Origin: Planctomycetota bacterium
GTDB taxonomy: Bacteria > Planctomycetota > SZUA-567 > H5-PLA8
Direction of reading: 5' to 3'
Length of the DNA: 64,000 nt
NCBI GenBank assembly: GCA_015075375.1
Contig: JABTUM010000002.1
Span: 853,393-917,392, forward strand
Shown here: in pieces, positions 47,230 through 57,217 of the stretch
Position numbering within the stretch: the stretch's first letter is position 1
How the letters are laid out: each line of letters starts with the position of its first letter
The notes under the pieces: model-generated
Seen by the model: the letters and a program-made list of their open reading frames with translations, nothing else
Databases searched by the model: none
What the model was told of the DNA's origin: nothing
Translations under genes and position numbers: made by a program

Positions 47230-47892
47230 TCATGGCTCCAGATCGGCCTGACCTCCGCATACGGCGGCGAATCCGTCGCGAAAGGCAAGCCGCGCTCGCG
47301 TCAAAAGGGACTCCGCGGCTTTGGCGCTGACTTGCAGCCGCTGCGCGATCTCGTTAACGCTGATGTCCTCCACGTACTTCCATTCCAGCACATCGCCGTA
47401 GTGCCCCGGGAGCCGTTCGAGCACCAAGCGGATGAGCGAAGCCAGTTCTTGCTTTCGCGCGGCGCCTTCGGGACTGGTATCGCCCGCGAGCGAGTCGAGC
47501 GCGGCTTGAACTTCCTCAAGGTCTTCGACTCCGCCCAAGGCTTGGGGCTGCCTGCCGCGCTTTCGGCCGTAAGCAGAGATTTCGTGGCGGCAGAACGTGC
47601 AGAGCCAAGTGAAAAGCGGCGCTTCGCCTCGGTATGTGTGGAGTTTACGAAGCGCATCGCAGAGCGTGGCCTGTACGATCTCCTCTGCAGCATCGGCATC
47701 GTAGTTCACCCGAATCAACGCAAAGCGAAACAGTCCCGGGAAGTAGGTCTGAAAGAGGCTTTCAAAAGCAGCCTCTTCGCCCGCGAGTACGCGGCGCGCC
47801 AGGCCCAAATCTCCCAGCGCCGACCGGCTCACTTGGCCCTCCCGCTCTCGCTCACCCTTTGGAGGCTGGATCGGGGGCTTATCCTTCGCCAC
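47230..47892 (-). CDS. ECF (sigma-70 family group IV) RNA polymerase sigma factor.
   Basis: Region 2 (FESLFQTYFPGLFRFALIRV...AEEIVQATL) and region 4 HTH (DISVNEIAQRLQVSAKAAESLLTRARLAF) are present. GTG start. A TATAAT hexamer sits 4 nt upstream, which may indicate a leaderless transcript. Confidence 0.85.
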   Translation of the reverse strand: MAKDKPPIQPPKGEREREGQVSRSALGDLGLARRVLAGEEAAFESLFQTYFPGLFRFALIRVNYDADAAEEIVQATLCDALRKLHTYRGEAPLFTWLCTFCRHEISAYGRKRGRQPQALGGVEDLEEVQAALDSLAGDTSPEGAARKQELASLIRLVLERLPGHYGDVLEWKYVEDISVNEIAQRLQVSAKAAESLLTRARLAFRDGFAAVCGGQADLEP

Positions 47893-48125
47893 TCGTATTA
47901 TATTCCTAAGCTGAGGACAGTGCGGTGGTTAGGTCAATGGTTAAACAGTGATCAGAAGTGTACCACAAGGTGCAGGTTTGACGAACGATTTACTCGCTTG
48001 GGGCGTAGGTTGGGTGAGACTGGTCGCAGGTGCGCCCATGGCTATATAAGGTGAGTACGAGGTCCAAGCCGGGACATGCCTAGCAGCTTTCAAGTTTCGA
48101 AGGTTCGGATCGCGGGAACTTCTTC

Positions 48126-49472
48126 ATGGCGGTGCTGCCGGCGGTTCGCGCCTACTTAGTTCGCCGATTGGCGGGCGTTCTGCGCGGCTGGCGGGGCATG
48201 CCCAAGCTGGATGCGACGAAGGAAGTCGACCCGCGTTACTTTCGCTACAGCACGATCGCCAAACACGGTTGGGTCTTGTATGTCACTCGGCTGACCCAGG
48301 CGGGGCGCTGGTTTCTGTGGCCCACCCTTTTATGGGCCGGATACAGCGGAACCTCACTCGATCTGCAGATGTACATCCCCTTTTGCTACGCCATCAGCAT
48401 GTGGGGCGTGGCGCTGGTGGCGGCATGGTGGTTCAAACCGCAGGCGGAGTTGAGAGTACACCGAGCCGAACGCATTCGGGCGGGCATGACGTTGGCGATC
48501 GACGCGGAAGTGACTCCTGCGGGAAAGCGCGCCTCGACGGACTGGTACCTGTCGGCGCACCGGCTTCCGGCCGCGCTGGATGCGACCGAACCGGAAGGTC
48601 TTCCGCTGGCCGTTCGCGCGCCCGGCGATTCGCAGCGCGTACGCTTGGGGCTTGTCGCATCCAAGCGCGGAGCGTATCGATTGCCGGCTTGGCGCGTGGA
48701 GACCGATTTTCCCTTCGGATTGATGCGGGCGTACCGGGTGTACCCCGATGAGCGTCCTTTGCTGGTGTATCCGCGCTTTCGTGCGCTTTCGCGCATGGAT
48801 CTTCCGGTGGGTCGGCGCTACCAGCCAGGAGGAGTCGCGCTCGCCAGCCACATCGGCGACAGTATGGAGTACAAGGGCAACCGGGAGTACCGCGAAGGCG
48901 ACAACGTCCGTAATATCGACTGGCGTGCGACCGCGCGGCTGGGCATGCCGATCGTGCGCGAGTACCGCGAGGAATTCTTTTTCCGCGTCGGCCTGATCCT
49001 CGATACGCATGTACCCGCACTGGCGCCGGAATCGCGCCACGAGGCGTTCGAGCAATCGGTCGCACTTAGTGCGGCCGTCAGCGATTACCTGTCACGAAAG
49101 GATTACCTTGTCGACCTTTTCGCGGCCGGGCCGAACTTGTACCACTTGATGGCCGGCCGCAGCTTGGCCTATCTGGAGCAGATTCTGGATATCCTGGCAT
49201 GCGTGGAGTCCAGTCCCGACGAGCCGTTCGAGATCCTCGAGCCCGCGTTGGCGGCGCATCTGGAACAACTCAGCACGGTTATTTGCGTCCTCATGGATTG
49301 GGACGAACGCCGGCGCTCATTTGTGTATGGTTTGGCCGGCCAGGGATCTGCGGTGAAGGTAATCATCGTGCGCCAAGGACCATGTACGCTCGATCCGGCG
49401 GGCGAAGGGCGTGCGCTGGGTGAAATCGTGGTGCTGGCGCCCGAAGACGTAGAGATGGTGGAGATGCTGTAG
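48126..49472 (+). CDS. DUF58 domain protein (MoxR-associated, vWA-like).
   Basis: The DUF58 signature YREGDNVRNIDWRATARLGMPIVREYREE is present. Confidence 0.8.
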   Translation: MAVLPAVRAYLVRRLAGVLRGWRGMPKLDATKEVDPRYFRYSTIAKHGWVLYVTRLTQAGRWFLWPTLLWAGYSGTSLDLQMYIPFCYAISMWGVALVAAWWFKPQAELRVHRAERIRAGMTLAIDAEVTPAGKRASTDWYLSAHRLPAALDATEPEGLPLAVRAPGDSQRVRLGLVASKRGAYRLPAWRVETDFPFGLMRAYRVYPDERPLLVYPRFRALSRMDLPVGRRYQPGGVALASHIGDSMEYKGNREYREGDNVRNIDWRATARLGMPIVREYREEFFFRVGLILDTHVPALAPESRHEAFEQSVALSAAVSDYLSRKDYLVDLFAAGPNLYHLMAGRSLAYLEQILDILACVESSPDEPFEILEPALAAHLEQLSTVICVLMDWDERRRSFVYGLAGQGSAVKVIIVRQGPCTLDPAGEGRALGEIVVLAPEDVEMVEML

Positions 49473-49520
49473 CGGACTTGATCGAAACGGTGCAGTCCAT
49501 TCGGCAGACGAGACACGTTC

Positions 49521-51509
49521 ATGCATGCGATCGCCTTGGAGAGCGAACGGTCCGACCGGGATACCACCGTATCCTGGTGGGTCTTGGGAGTCGCGGGCGT
49601 GGCTTACCTCGCGGTGGCGGTTGGCGGCGGACAAGCGCCGCTGATGGGGGTGTTGGGGCTGGCCCTGATCCTCACCAAACTGACGCCCGCGCGTCTGGCC
49701 CGAGGTTCTTGGACGGCCTGGCTGCTGCGCGTACCCATTTTCGGGGGAATCGTATTTCTCAATGTCGTGGTACCGGACATTCATTACGGGCATGGGCTGT
49801 ACAGTTCGGCCGTAGTTACGGCCGTCGCCGAATTGTTGAGCGCCGAGTTGGCGGTCCAGGCTTGGCGCGAGCGGCCGGCGGGAGGTAGGCGCGGCCCGGC
49901 CATCCTATTTCTCTCCGGAGTCGTCTTGCTACTGGCATGCAATACGTTCGACTACCGCTGGTTGCGCTGGCTGGTGCCGCTGTACGCGCTGATGGCGATT
50001 CCGGCGCTGCGCAGTCTGCGCATGCGGAAGACCGATACGGGCGGACTTTCGAGGCGAGCGTGGCTGGCGCGCGGCGCGGCTTTGACGCTCGCGCTGAGCA
50101 TCGGCGGCGGAACGTATCTGAGCCTTTGGGCTTATCGCGCGGAGATTTCGCGTCTAGGCCGCGATCTGCTTTCGGGATGGCAGCGGCGTTCCATCGGACT
50201 GACCGGTTCGCCGCGTCTGGGCGACAGGATGAGCCTGGAGCGGAGCTTGACGCGCATGCTGCGCCTCGAAGGTCCGATCGAAACGACCCATTTGCGAGCG
50301 GCCTCGTTCGAGACCTACCTGGCCGGACGCTGGCTGCCGCCGCTGCAGGAATTGGAACTGATCCCAACGGACATCTCGGAACTTTCGGTCACGGGCCAGC
50401 ACTCCCAAGTACAAGTTACGCGGCTGGTGGACGAACTTGCGTTCCTTCCCGCTCCGTTGCATTGCGCCGAGGTGCGGCCCACGCGCACTCGGCAGGTTCA
50501 GCGCGGCCTCCGCGATCCCGGATTGCTGCGACTCACGATGCCGGCCCCGTATACGTACACATTCGCGTTTTCGAACGATGCGAACCACCAGGGTCCGCTG
50601 GCCCCGCCGATCGATACCGAACGCCGCTCGCTCTGCTTGGCCGTCCCCGAGGGGCTTGACGGCAGACTGTATGCCCTGGCGCGAACGATCTTCGCCGGCA
50701 AGCAAGATACGCGGGAGAAGATTGCGGCGGTGATCGGTCACCTGGCCGCTCATCACAAGTACTCGCTTAACGCCGACCGCATGCACGGCGATCCGGTCGT
50801 CACGTTTTTACTAGAAGGCAAAGACGGGCACTGCGAATACTTCGCGAGTGCGGCCGTGTTGTTGTTGCGCTTGGGCCGCATTCCGGCGCGATACACCATG
50901 GGCTTTTATGCCCACGAGCGCGACGGGGATGGAATGCTGGTCCGGCAGCAGGATGCGCACGCTTGGGCCGAAGCGTGGGTGGAAGGAACGGGCTGGGTGA
51001 CGGTGGAGGCGACGCCAGGCGGCGGATTGCCCGATCAGATCGCTCAAGCGCCGTCCTGGGCGCGGCGGCTGTACGAACACCTCCACGACCTGATCCTGGC
51101 ATTCGGCGATTGGTGGATGAATTTAAGCTGGTTGCAGATCGGTTTGACCTTCGGAGTGATTGCGGCTTTGGTCATCACCTACCTTTGGCTGCGCGAATGG
51201 CTCGCGCGGCGCTGGGCCGCTTTGAAAGTAGTACGGAGGTCCTACACGCCGGCGGACGAGTCGCTGCGCCCGTTGGGCGCTCGTTTCGAACGCTGGCTGA
51301 AGCGGCGCGGTTTCCCCTGCCCCGAAGCGCGGCCCTGGAGCGAACATTTGGAGTTGCTGGCTCGCGAACCGGATGCGCTCCGGCGCGTAAAAGCAGAGGA
51401 TTGGGAATCCGCGCGCGCTTTTACCGAGACCTATGCGCGCGCGCGATTCGGCAGGTCGAGCGAGTCGTTGAAGGATTTGCAAGACCGGTTGCGCAGGATG
51501 GGCGGATAG
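49521..51509 (+). CDS. Transglutaminase-like membrane protein (TgpA-like: DUF3488 N-terminal transmembrane region plus transglutaminase core).
   Basis: It has multiple N-terminal transmembrane helices and the core motif GHCEYFASAAVLLLRLGRIPARYTMGFY...DAHAWAEAWVEGTGWVTVEATP. Confidence 0.8.
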   Translation: MHAIALESERSDRDTTVSWWVLGVAGVAYLAVAVGGGQAPLMGVLGLALILTKLTPARLARGSWTAWLLRVPIFGGIVFLNVVVPDIHYGHGLYSSAVVTAVAELLSAELAVQAWRERPAGGRRGPAILFLSGVVLLLACNTFDYRWLRWLVPLYALMAIPALRSLRMRKTDTGGLSRRAWLARGAALTLALSIGGGTYLSLWAYRAEISRLGRDLLSGWQRRSIGLTGSPRLGDRMSLERSLTRMLRLEGPIETTHLRAASFETYLAGRWLPPLQELELIPTDISELSVTGQHSQVQVTRLVDELAFLPAPLHCAEVRPTRTRQVQRGLRDPGLLRLTMPAPYTYTFAFSNDANHQGPLAPPIDTERRSLCLAVPEGLDGRLYALARTIFAGKQDTREKIAAVIGHLAAHHKYSLNADRMHGDPVVTFLLEGKDGHCEYFASAAVLLLRLGRIPARYTMGFYAHERDGDGMLVRQQDAHAWAEAWVEGTGWVTVEATPGGGLPDQIAQAPSWARRLYEHLHDLILAFGDWWMNLSWLQIGLTFGVIAALVITYLWLREWLARRWAALKVVRRSYTPADESLRPLGARFERWLKRRGFPCPEARPWSEHLELLAREPDALRRVKAEDWESARAFTETYARARFGRSSESLKDLQDRLRRMGG

Positions 51510-51573
51510 GCGAACCATACCGGGATGCGGCGACTGGATGGCCTGATCCCAAGGGTGGCCTGCCAAGAAAGGA

Positions 51574-52542
51574 ATGTACGTGCACGATCTGAATCGAAGT
51601 GCCGGGAAGCGCGCCTTTGCGGAGGTGCTTGAAGCGCTGGAGAAAAGCCTGAGCGAGGTTATTCGCGGCAAAGCGGATGCGTTGCGGCTGGTGCTGGTGG
51701 GCCTGCTGGCCGACGGGCACATCTTGCTGGAGGACGTGCCCGGAACGGGCAAAACCACCCTGGCAAAAGCACTCGCCAAGAGCATCGACGGGCGCTTCGC
51801 GCGCATCCAATTCACGCCGGATTTGCTCCCCGCCGACGTTACAGGCAGTACTTACTACAATCCCAAGGAAGGAAAGTTCGAGTTTCGGCCGGGCCCGGTT
51901 TTTACGAATGTGCTCCTGGCCGACGAAATCAATCGAACCAGTCCGCGCACGCAGTCGGCGTTATTGGAAGTCATGAGCGAGCGGCAAGTAACCGTGGATG
52001 GGCAGCGGCAACCCATGGCTCAGCCCTTTTTCGTGATTGCCACGCAAAACCCCTCCGAATTTCACGGCACCTATCCCCTGCCCGAAGCGCAACTCGACCG
52101 ATTCATGCTGCGCGTTTCGTTGGGGCATCCGGAGCGTGCGCATGAAGTGGAGATACTCTTTCGCCAGCAGGAGCGCGAACCCTTGGACGCGGTGGTTCCG
52201 GTCGTCAGCGGCGCGGAAGTTCTGGAACTGCAGGCGGAAGTGCGCAAGGTCCATGTCGAGACCGCGGTGGCAGAATACATCGTGGCGCTGGTGGATGCGT
52301 TGCGCAGCGACACGAGGCTGCGTCTTGGCGCGAGTACACGCGGCAGCTTGGCGCTGTTTCGCTGCGCTCAGGCGCGTGCGCGGATCGCGGGACGTGACCA
52401 TGCTCAGCCAGAGGATGTCCGTGCCCTGGCGGTGGCGGTGCTGGCTCATCGCGTGCAGCTCGATACGAAAGCGCGGTACGGCGGCGCGACGGGATCCCAG
52501 GTGGTCGAAGACGCGATAGCGGCGGTTCCGGTGCCGCGCTGA
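51574..52542 (+). CDS. MoxR-family AAA+ ATPase.
   Basis: Walker A (DVPGTGKTTLAKALA), Walker B (LLADEINR) and the C-terminal MoxR lid are present. Confidence 0.9.
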   Translation: MYVHDLNRSAGKRAFAEVLEALEKSLSEVIRGKADALRLVLVGLLADGHILLEDVPGTGKTTLAKALAKSIDGRFARIQFTPDLLPADVTGSTYYNPKEGKFEFRPGPVFTNVLLADEINRTSPRTQSALLEVMSERQVTVDGQRQPMAQPFFVIATQNPSEFHGTYPLPEAQLDRFMLRVSLGHPERAHEVEILFRQQEREPLDAVVPVVSGAEVLELQAEVRKVHVETAVAEYIVALVDALRSDTRLRLGASTRGSLALFRCAQARARIAGRDHAQPEDVRALAVAVLAHRVQLDTKARYGGATGSQVVEDAIAAVPVPR

Positions 52543-52551
52543 GCCATCGGT

Positions 52552-54288
52552 TCAAGGTTCGCCGGACCATTGCCCGTTGAACGGATTGGCCGCTCGCGAA
52601 TAGCGTATTTCGCGTTCCACCCGATAGGCTTCGTATCTTTCGGGGTCGGCGTTGCCGAACGCGAACGGCAAGGGCCCCCAGATTTCGGCGTAAAATCCCG
52701 CACCCAACCGGCGGCTGGCGACGGATACGCCCGGCATTAGCGGCGCGACCGGATGGTCCAGGAGTTCCAGCTTTTCGACGGGCGGCTTGTATCCCGAAGC
52801 ATTGTCATGCGGAACCAGCAAAATGTCCCCCGGGGCCATGCGGCAATCGAAGGCATCGATGGCCGTTGCGCCGCGCGCTTCGAGATACCACTGAAAGCCC
52901 CAATGCCCGAAGAACCAGATTTTTGGCGCGCGGCCGGTGTAGCGTTCGGACAGCGTCAGGGCCATGTCGCGTTGGGAAAGCGCCCAACGATAGTCGGCGC
53001 AAATCAGCGCCAGACCCAGCACGATGCCCGTAACGCAAGCAAGGCGGCACGCACGAATGGGAATCGGACGTTCGGAAGGCACGGGCCTTTCGATGCGCCG
53101 TGCGGCAAGCAGGGCTGCGGCGGGCACCAGCGGGAGGAGCGCTCGGCCGCTGGCTGTCCAATTCAAAAAGGAAGCGAAGACAAATACGCCGGCGATCCAA
53201 CAAGCCAGCGTGAGTCCCCACGCATCCCACCCGCGGCGCAGCTCGGCGCAGGCCAGCGCGAGAACGTGAACGCCGGCGGCGCTGAACAGTGCCAAGTGTG
53301 CGAGTCGCGAGGCGTGCATGCGGGCGTCTCCGCCGAGGGCGACCTTACGGAGGGATTCATCGGCAAAGAGGAGGAAGACCAGCGCCAGCACGAACCAGAC
53401 TCCGGCCACCAGAAGCGCTTGGCGGGGCGACCAAATCCATGGCGCGAGGATTAAAAACGGCAGCAGGCACCCGCCGAGATAGGAAATTCCCAGCGTGAGG
53501 TATTCAGGCATGCGCGTCCACGTGCGCGGCCGAACCATGGCCGAGTATTCGCTCATCAAGTTCAATGCGCCGTGTTCGTATTGCCGGTCGAACCAGATGA
53601 AATAGGCCGTGCAGGCCAATACGCCTAGCGCCAGGATGGCCCATCCGCGCATCGCGGACCGCCAGCCCAGTTTGGGAACAGAGAAGAGTGTGTAGGCGGC
53701 CAAGAGCGGATAAAGGCTCAGCCCATTGTATTTGGTGAGGACCGCGAACACGCTGCACGCACAGCCTGCCCAAAGCCAGCGCGCGCGGCGGCCTTCCAAT
53801 CCCCAACGCCAGCAGACCACGGCCAGCACCCACCACGCCACGAGGGGCACGTCGGCCATCAGGGTGCTTGCGGAAAGCAAGAATACCGGCGCGGCGAGCA
53901 CAAAAAACGCCGCCCATTTCGGTTCGCGCAAGATGCCGCGCGCCAACGCATACGTACCCACGACACAGGCCATGGAAGCCGGCAAAAGCGCCAGATGCAG
54001 CACCGCTTCGTGAATGCCGGTTCCCGCGATCCAAACGGCGAGGTAGTACGAGAGTCCCGGCGGACTGAGGTGGATCCAATGCAGCGGAGTAAGGATCCCA
54101 TCCCAATTGATCGAGCCGCCGAACGGATCGAGAGGGGCTTTCAGGATCGTTTGCGCCTGCCAGATAAAGGTGGGATCGTCGAGGTGAATCGGTTTGGCGA
54201 TAAAGGGCAGCAGGCAGGCCAGCAACGTGCCGCACACGAGGGCGAGGTCGCGTCGCGGAGTCGGCGCTTGGGGCAGCGGTTCGGGCAC
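52552..54288 (-). CDS. Glycosyltransferase family 39/83-like polytopic membrane protein (ArnT/PMT-type).
   Basis: About 12 transmembrane helices are predicted. An N-terminal D-D-P motif (LDDPTF) is in the first loop, typical of GT-C transferases. GTG start. Confidence 0.6.
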   Translation of the reverse strand: MPEPLPQAPTPRRDLALVCGTLLACLLPFIAKPIHLDDPTFIWQAQTILKAPLDPFGGSINWDGILTPLHWIHLSPPGLSYYLAVWIAGTGIHEAVLHLALLPASMACVVGTYALARGILREPKWAAFFVLAAPVFLLSASTLMADVPLVAWWVLAVVCWRWGLEGRRARWLWAGCACSVFAVLTKYNGLSLYPLLAAYTLFSVPKLGWRSAMRGWAILALGVLACTAYFIWFDRQYEHGALNLMSEYSAMVRPRTWTRMPEYLTLGISYLGGCLLPFLILAPWIWSPRQALLVAGVWFVLALVFLLFADESLRKVALGGDARMHASRLAHLALFSAAGVHVLALACAELRRGWDAWGLTLACWIAGVFVFASFLNWTASGRALLPLVPAAALLAARRIERPVPSERPIPIRACRLACVTGIVLGLALICADYRWALSQRDMALTLSERYTGRAPKIWFFGHWGFQWYLEARGATAIDAFDCRMAPGDILLVPHDNASGYKPPVEKLELLDHPVAPLMPGVSVASRRLGAGFYAEIWGPLPFAFGNADPERYEAYRVEREIRYSRAANPFNGQWSGEP

Positions 54289-54336
54289 GGCGCGAGTGTA
54301 ACGCTTCTGGGCGGCATTTAAAATCGACGGGCGAGC

Positions 54337-56241
54337 CTAAATCCGCTCGCGGATCCATACTCGCATCTCGCCGGGCTTGCGATTGCCCCAAAGTCCATAG
54401 GGAATGGCCCGCACTCGCTTGGCGCGAAATCGCGATGCACGCACTGCGTACAGCGCACCGTTCCAGGCTTCGCATCCACCTTGAAGGGCCTTCGCTACAA
54501 GAACGATGTGACCGCCCATGTTTTGAATGCGCGCAGGCTTGGGGAGCACACACTCCGGAAGTGTGATGTGGTCCAGATTCGGCCCGTTGTCGCATTGTTC
54601 GAAACAGTACAGCACCGGTCCACGCTGGAGCGCGACTCGCCCAGCGTTCTCGGTTACGAGCGGGTGTGCGTGCACTTTTTCAACCGGCATCACCAGATCG
54701 AGAACAAGACGATCCCCAGCTTGCCACACTCGCGACAAGCGCGCGTAGCCATTCTTGATGGTAAATGCATGCGACTTTCCGTTCAGTGTCAGCTTCGCAT
54801 CCCGGCACCAACCGGGAATGCGCAGTGCAACGCTGAATTTTGCAGACCGCTGAGGCTCGACGTCGATACGCACGCGCCCGGCCCAAGGGTACTCGGTCCG
54901 CTGCTCGATCGAGACCGGGACGCCCCCGCACGTAAATTCGGCACGGCTGGGCATGTAGAGGTGAACCCATACGGCTTGCGGCTCCGTGGCGTAAATATAG
55001 CGAGGCAGCGAGGCCAGGATGCGGGCTATGTTCGGAGGGCAGCAGGCGCACCAAAACCAAGGCTGTCTTGTGGGCCGAACGTGATCGCCGTGCCCGTTTC
55101 TGAAATGCGCGCTGACGGCCAGGGGATTGGCGTAGAAGAATTTCGCTCCGCTTCGGGAGACGCTGGCGAGGACGTTGTTGTAAAGGGCGCGCTCCAAGAC
55201 ATCGGCGTAGCGCCCATCTCGTTCCATACGGAGCATGCGCTCGGCCCAGAAGACCAGCCCAATGGCGGCGCAGGATTCGGCATAAGCGGCTTCGTTGGGT
55301 AGATCGTAATCGACCGTAAACCGTTCGCCCTGGGCGCTGGAACCCACTCCGCCGTGCGCGTACATACGCCGCTGCGTGACGTTATCCCACAAATCCCGGC
55401 AGGCTTTTCGAAGGGCACGGTCGCCGGTTTCGGCGGCCAGGTCGGCCATGGCGCAGTAAAGATACATGGCGCGCACGGCATGCCCTTCGGCGGTTTTCTG
55501 TTGGCGCACCGGACGATGCGCTTGGCAGTAGGCGTGTTCGTACTTCGGCTTTTCGCCGCGCGCCTGCGCTTCGGCGTCAAAAAAGCAGGGCGAGCGGCCG
55601 CGTTCGTCGACAAAGAACCGCGCGAGATCCAGGTAGCGTTTTTCGCTGGTAACGCGATACAGGCGCACCAGCGCCAACTCGATTTCCTGATGCCCGTCGT
55701 AGCCGCGGATTTGACCCGGATTGGGACCGAATGTCCGATCGATGAGGTCGGCGAAGCGGCAGAGGGCGTCGAGCAAGTCGCGCTCCCCCGTGGCTTCGTA
55801 CCAAGCCACGGCGGCTTCGATCAGATGCCCGGCGGTATACAGTTCATGAAGGTCCCGAAGGTTGGTGAACTTCTTCTCCTGGTCGAGCTGAGAAAAGTAC
55901 GAATGAATATACCCGTCAGGTTGCTGCGCAGAAACGATCAGGTCGGCGACGCGCCGCCCCATCTTGTATATCTTGGGATCGTGGCGCTCTTGCAAGGCAT
56001 ACGCCACCGCTTCGAGCCACTTGGCGACATCGCTATCCCAAAACCAGTGCGGGCGTCTCGGATTTCCGGGCTTCCACTTCAATTCAAGGGCTTCGAACCG
56101 CCCCGTTTCTTCGCAGCACCGATATTCGTAGGGCAAGGTGGCCCGGCGGTTGGTGTTCATACGTTCGCGCCATATTCCGCCGGTAATGCGAACCGAATTG
56201 AGGGGCAACGAGTCCAAGGTTTTTACGGGATGGGCGCTCAT
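54337..56241 (-). CDS. Glycoside hydrolase family 127 (DUF1680; beta-L-arabinofuranosidase-like).
   Basis: GH127-typical segments are present (YEYRCCEE..., (alpha/alpha)6 region, C-terminal CxxC...CC cluster WFWCACCPPN). Start trimmed to the ATG at 56241. Confidence 0.75.
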   Translation of the reverse strand: MSAHPVKTLDSLPLNSVRITGGIWRERMNTNRRATLPYEYRCCEETGRFEALELKWKPGNPRRPHWFWDSDVAKWLEAVAYALQERHDPKIYKMGRRVADLIVSAQQPDGYIHSYFSQLDQEKKFTNLRDLHELYTAGHLIEAAVAWYEATGERDLLDALCRFADLIDRTFGPNPGQIRGYDGHQEIELALVRLYRVTSEKRYLDLARFFVDERGRSPCFFDAEAQARGEKPKYEHAYCQAHRPVRQQKTAEGHAVRAMYLYCAMADLAAETGDRALRKACRDLWDNVTQRRMYAHGGVGSSAQGERFTVDYDLPNEAAYAESCAAIGLVFWAERMLRMERDGRYADVLERALYNNVLASVSRSGAKFFYANPLAVSAHFRNGHGDHVRPTRQPWFWCACCPPNIARILASLPRYIYATEPQAVWVHLYMPSRAEFTCGGVPVSIEQRTEYPWAGRVRIDVEPQRSAKFSVALRIPGWCRDAKLTLNGKSHAFTIKNGYARLSRVWQAGDRLVLDLVMPVEKVHAHPLVTENAGRVALQRGPVLYCFEQCDNGPNLDHITLPECVLPKPARIQNMGGHIVLVAKALQGGCEAWNGALYAVRASRFRAKRVRAIPYGLWGNRKPGEMRVWIRERI

Positions 56242-56346
56242 GCGTGGGCCTTTCAATGAGGTCTGTCAATCTTTATCCTGTGCACAAGGGTTGCCACAAG
56301 GCGACGAAGGAGTATAAAATCGGCACGATTCCGACTTCCGGGTGCG

Positions 56347-57201
56347 ATGGGTACCATACGAGCCATGGCCGGCACGGCATATCTCGAACTGGAGCAGGGG
56401 CGAGCTGTGAAGGCGCTCAATGCGGGACTCTTCGTCTCGCGCGGCCAAGGCATGCATCCCGATCGCCGAATCGACAGCTATGAGTTGATTCTGGTCAAGC
56501 GCGGCACTTTGCACATGGCAGAAGAGGCTCAGTCGTTCGCGATTGGCGCGGGAGAGACCTTGCTGCTATGGCCCCACCGACGCCATTGGGGTACGCAACC
56601 CTATGGACGGGACCTCTCCTTCTACTGGATCCATTTCCGATTGCCTGATTTACCGAAATCCCGAAGCAAGCCGGGAAACGCATGGCGAATACCGCAGGTT
56701 TCGAGGCCCGCCAGGCTTGAGCGCCTGACGGAACTCATGCACCGCTTTCTGGACGATCAGACCTCAGATTCGGGAGCGCCAGGCTCCGCCGATCTGCTGG
56801 TAACGATGATGTTGTGCGAAGTCGCCGCGGCGAAACCGGCCGGCGTTCCGCACGCCGCGGCGAACTTGGCCGGGCGAGCCGATTCCTACCTTGCGCAGCA
56901 TTTTCGAAACACGGAGCTTAGCACGTCCGTCGTCGCCGCTGCACTGGATTGCAATCCGGACTATCTGGGGCGAATCTATAAACAGGTTTACGGCCGCACG
57001 CTCACCGACAACCTCCATCGCCGTCGAGTTCAGGATGCCGGGGCATTACTGCGGGAATGCGGTTTGAGTGTCGACGCGGTCGCGGAAGAGTGCGGATTTC
57101 CCAATGCGGGGTACTTCCGGCGTATCTTTCGCCGGCTTACGGGACTGACGCCGCGTGCTTACCGGCGGCTGTATGCGCGGATGCATATCAATACCAGGTA
57201 A
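56347..57201 (+). CDS. AraC-family transcriptional regulator.
   Basis: An N-terminal cupin-like effector domain is followed by a C-terminal AraC dual HTH (YLAQHF...VAAALDCNPDYLGRIYKQVYGRTL...ECGFPNAGYFRRIFRRLTGLTPRAYR). Confidence 0.75.
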   Translation: MGTIRAMAGTAYLELEQGRAVKALNAGLFVSRGQGMHPDRRIDSYELILVKRGTLHMAEEAQSFAIGAGETLLLWPHRRHWGTQPYGRDLSFYWIHFRLPDLPKSRSKPGNAWRIPQVSRPARLERLTELMHRFLDDQTSDSGAPGSADLLVTMMLCEVAAAKPAGVPHAAANLAGRADSYLAQHFRNTELSTSVVAAALDCNPDYLGRIYKQVYGRTLTDNLHRRRVQDAGALLRECGLSVDAVAEECGFPNAGYFRRIFRRLTGLTPRAYRRLYARMHINTR

Positions 57202-57217
57202 CTAGGCGTTAGCGCGA

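Noticed and set aside
48085-48125. A tRNA-like T-loop sequence (GGTTCGGATCG).
   Set aside because: The flanks cannot form a T-stem or acceptor stem, so it is not a tRNA. No tRNA or rRNA signatures were found anywhere in the window.
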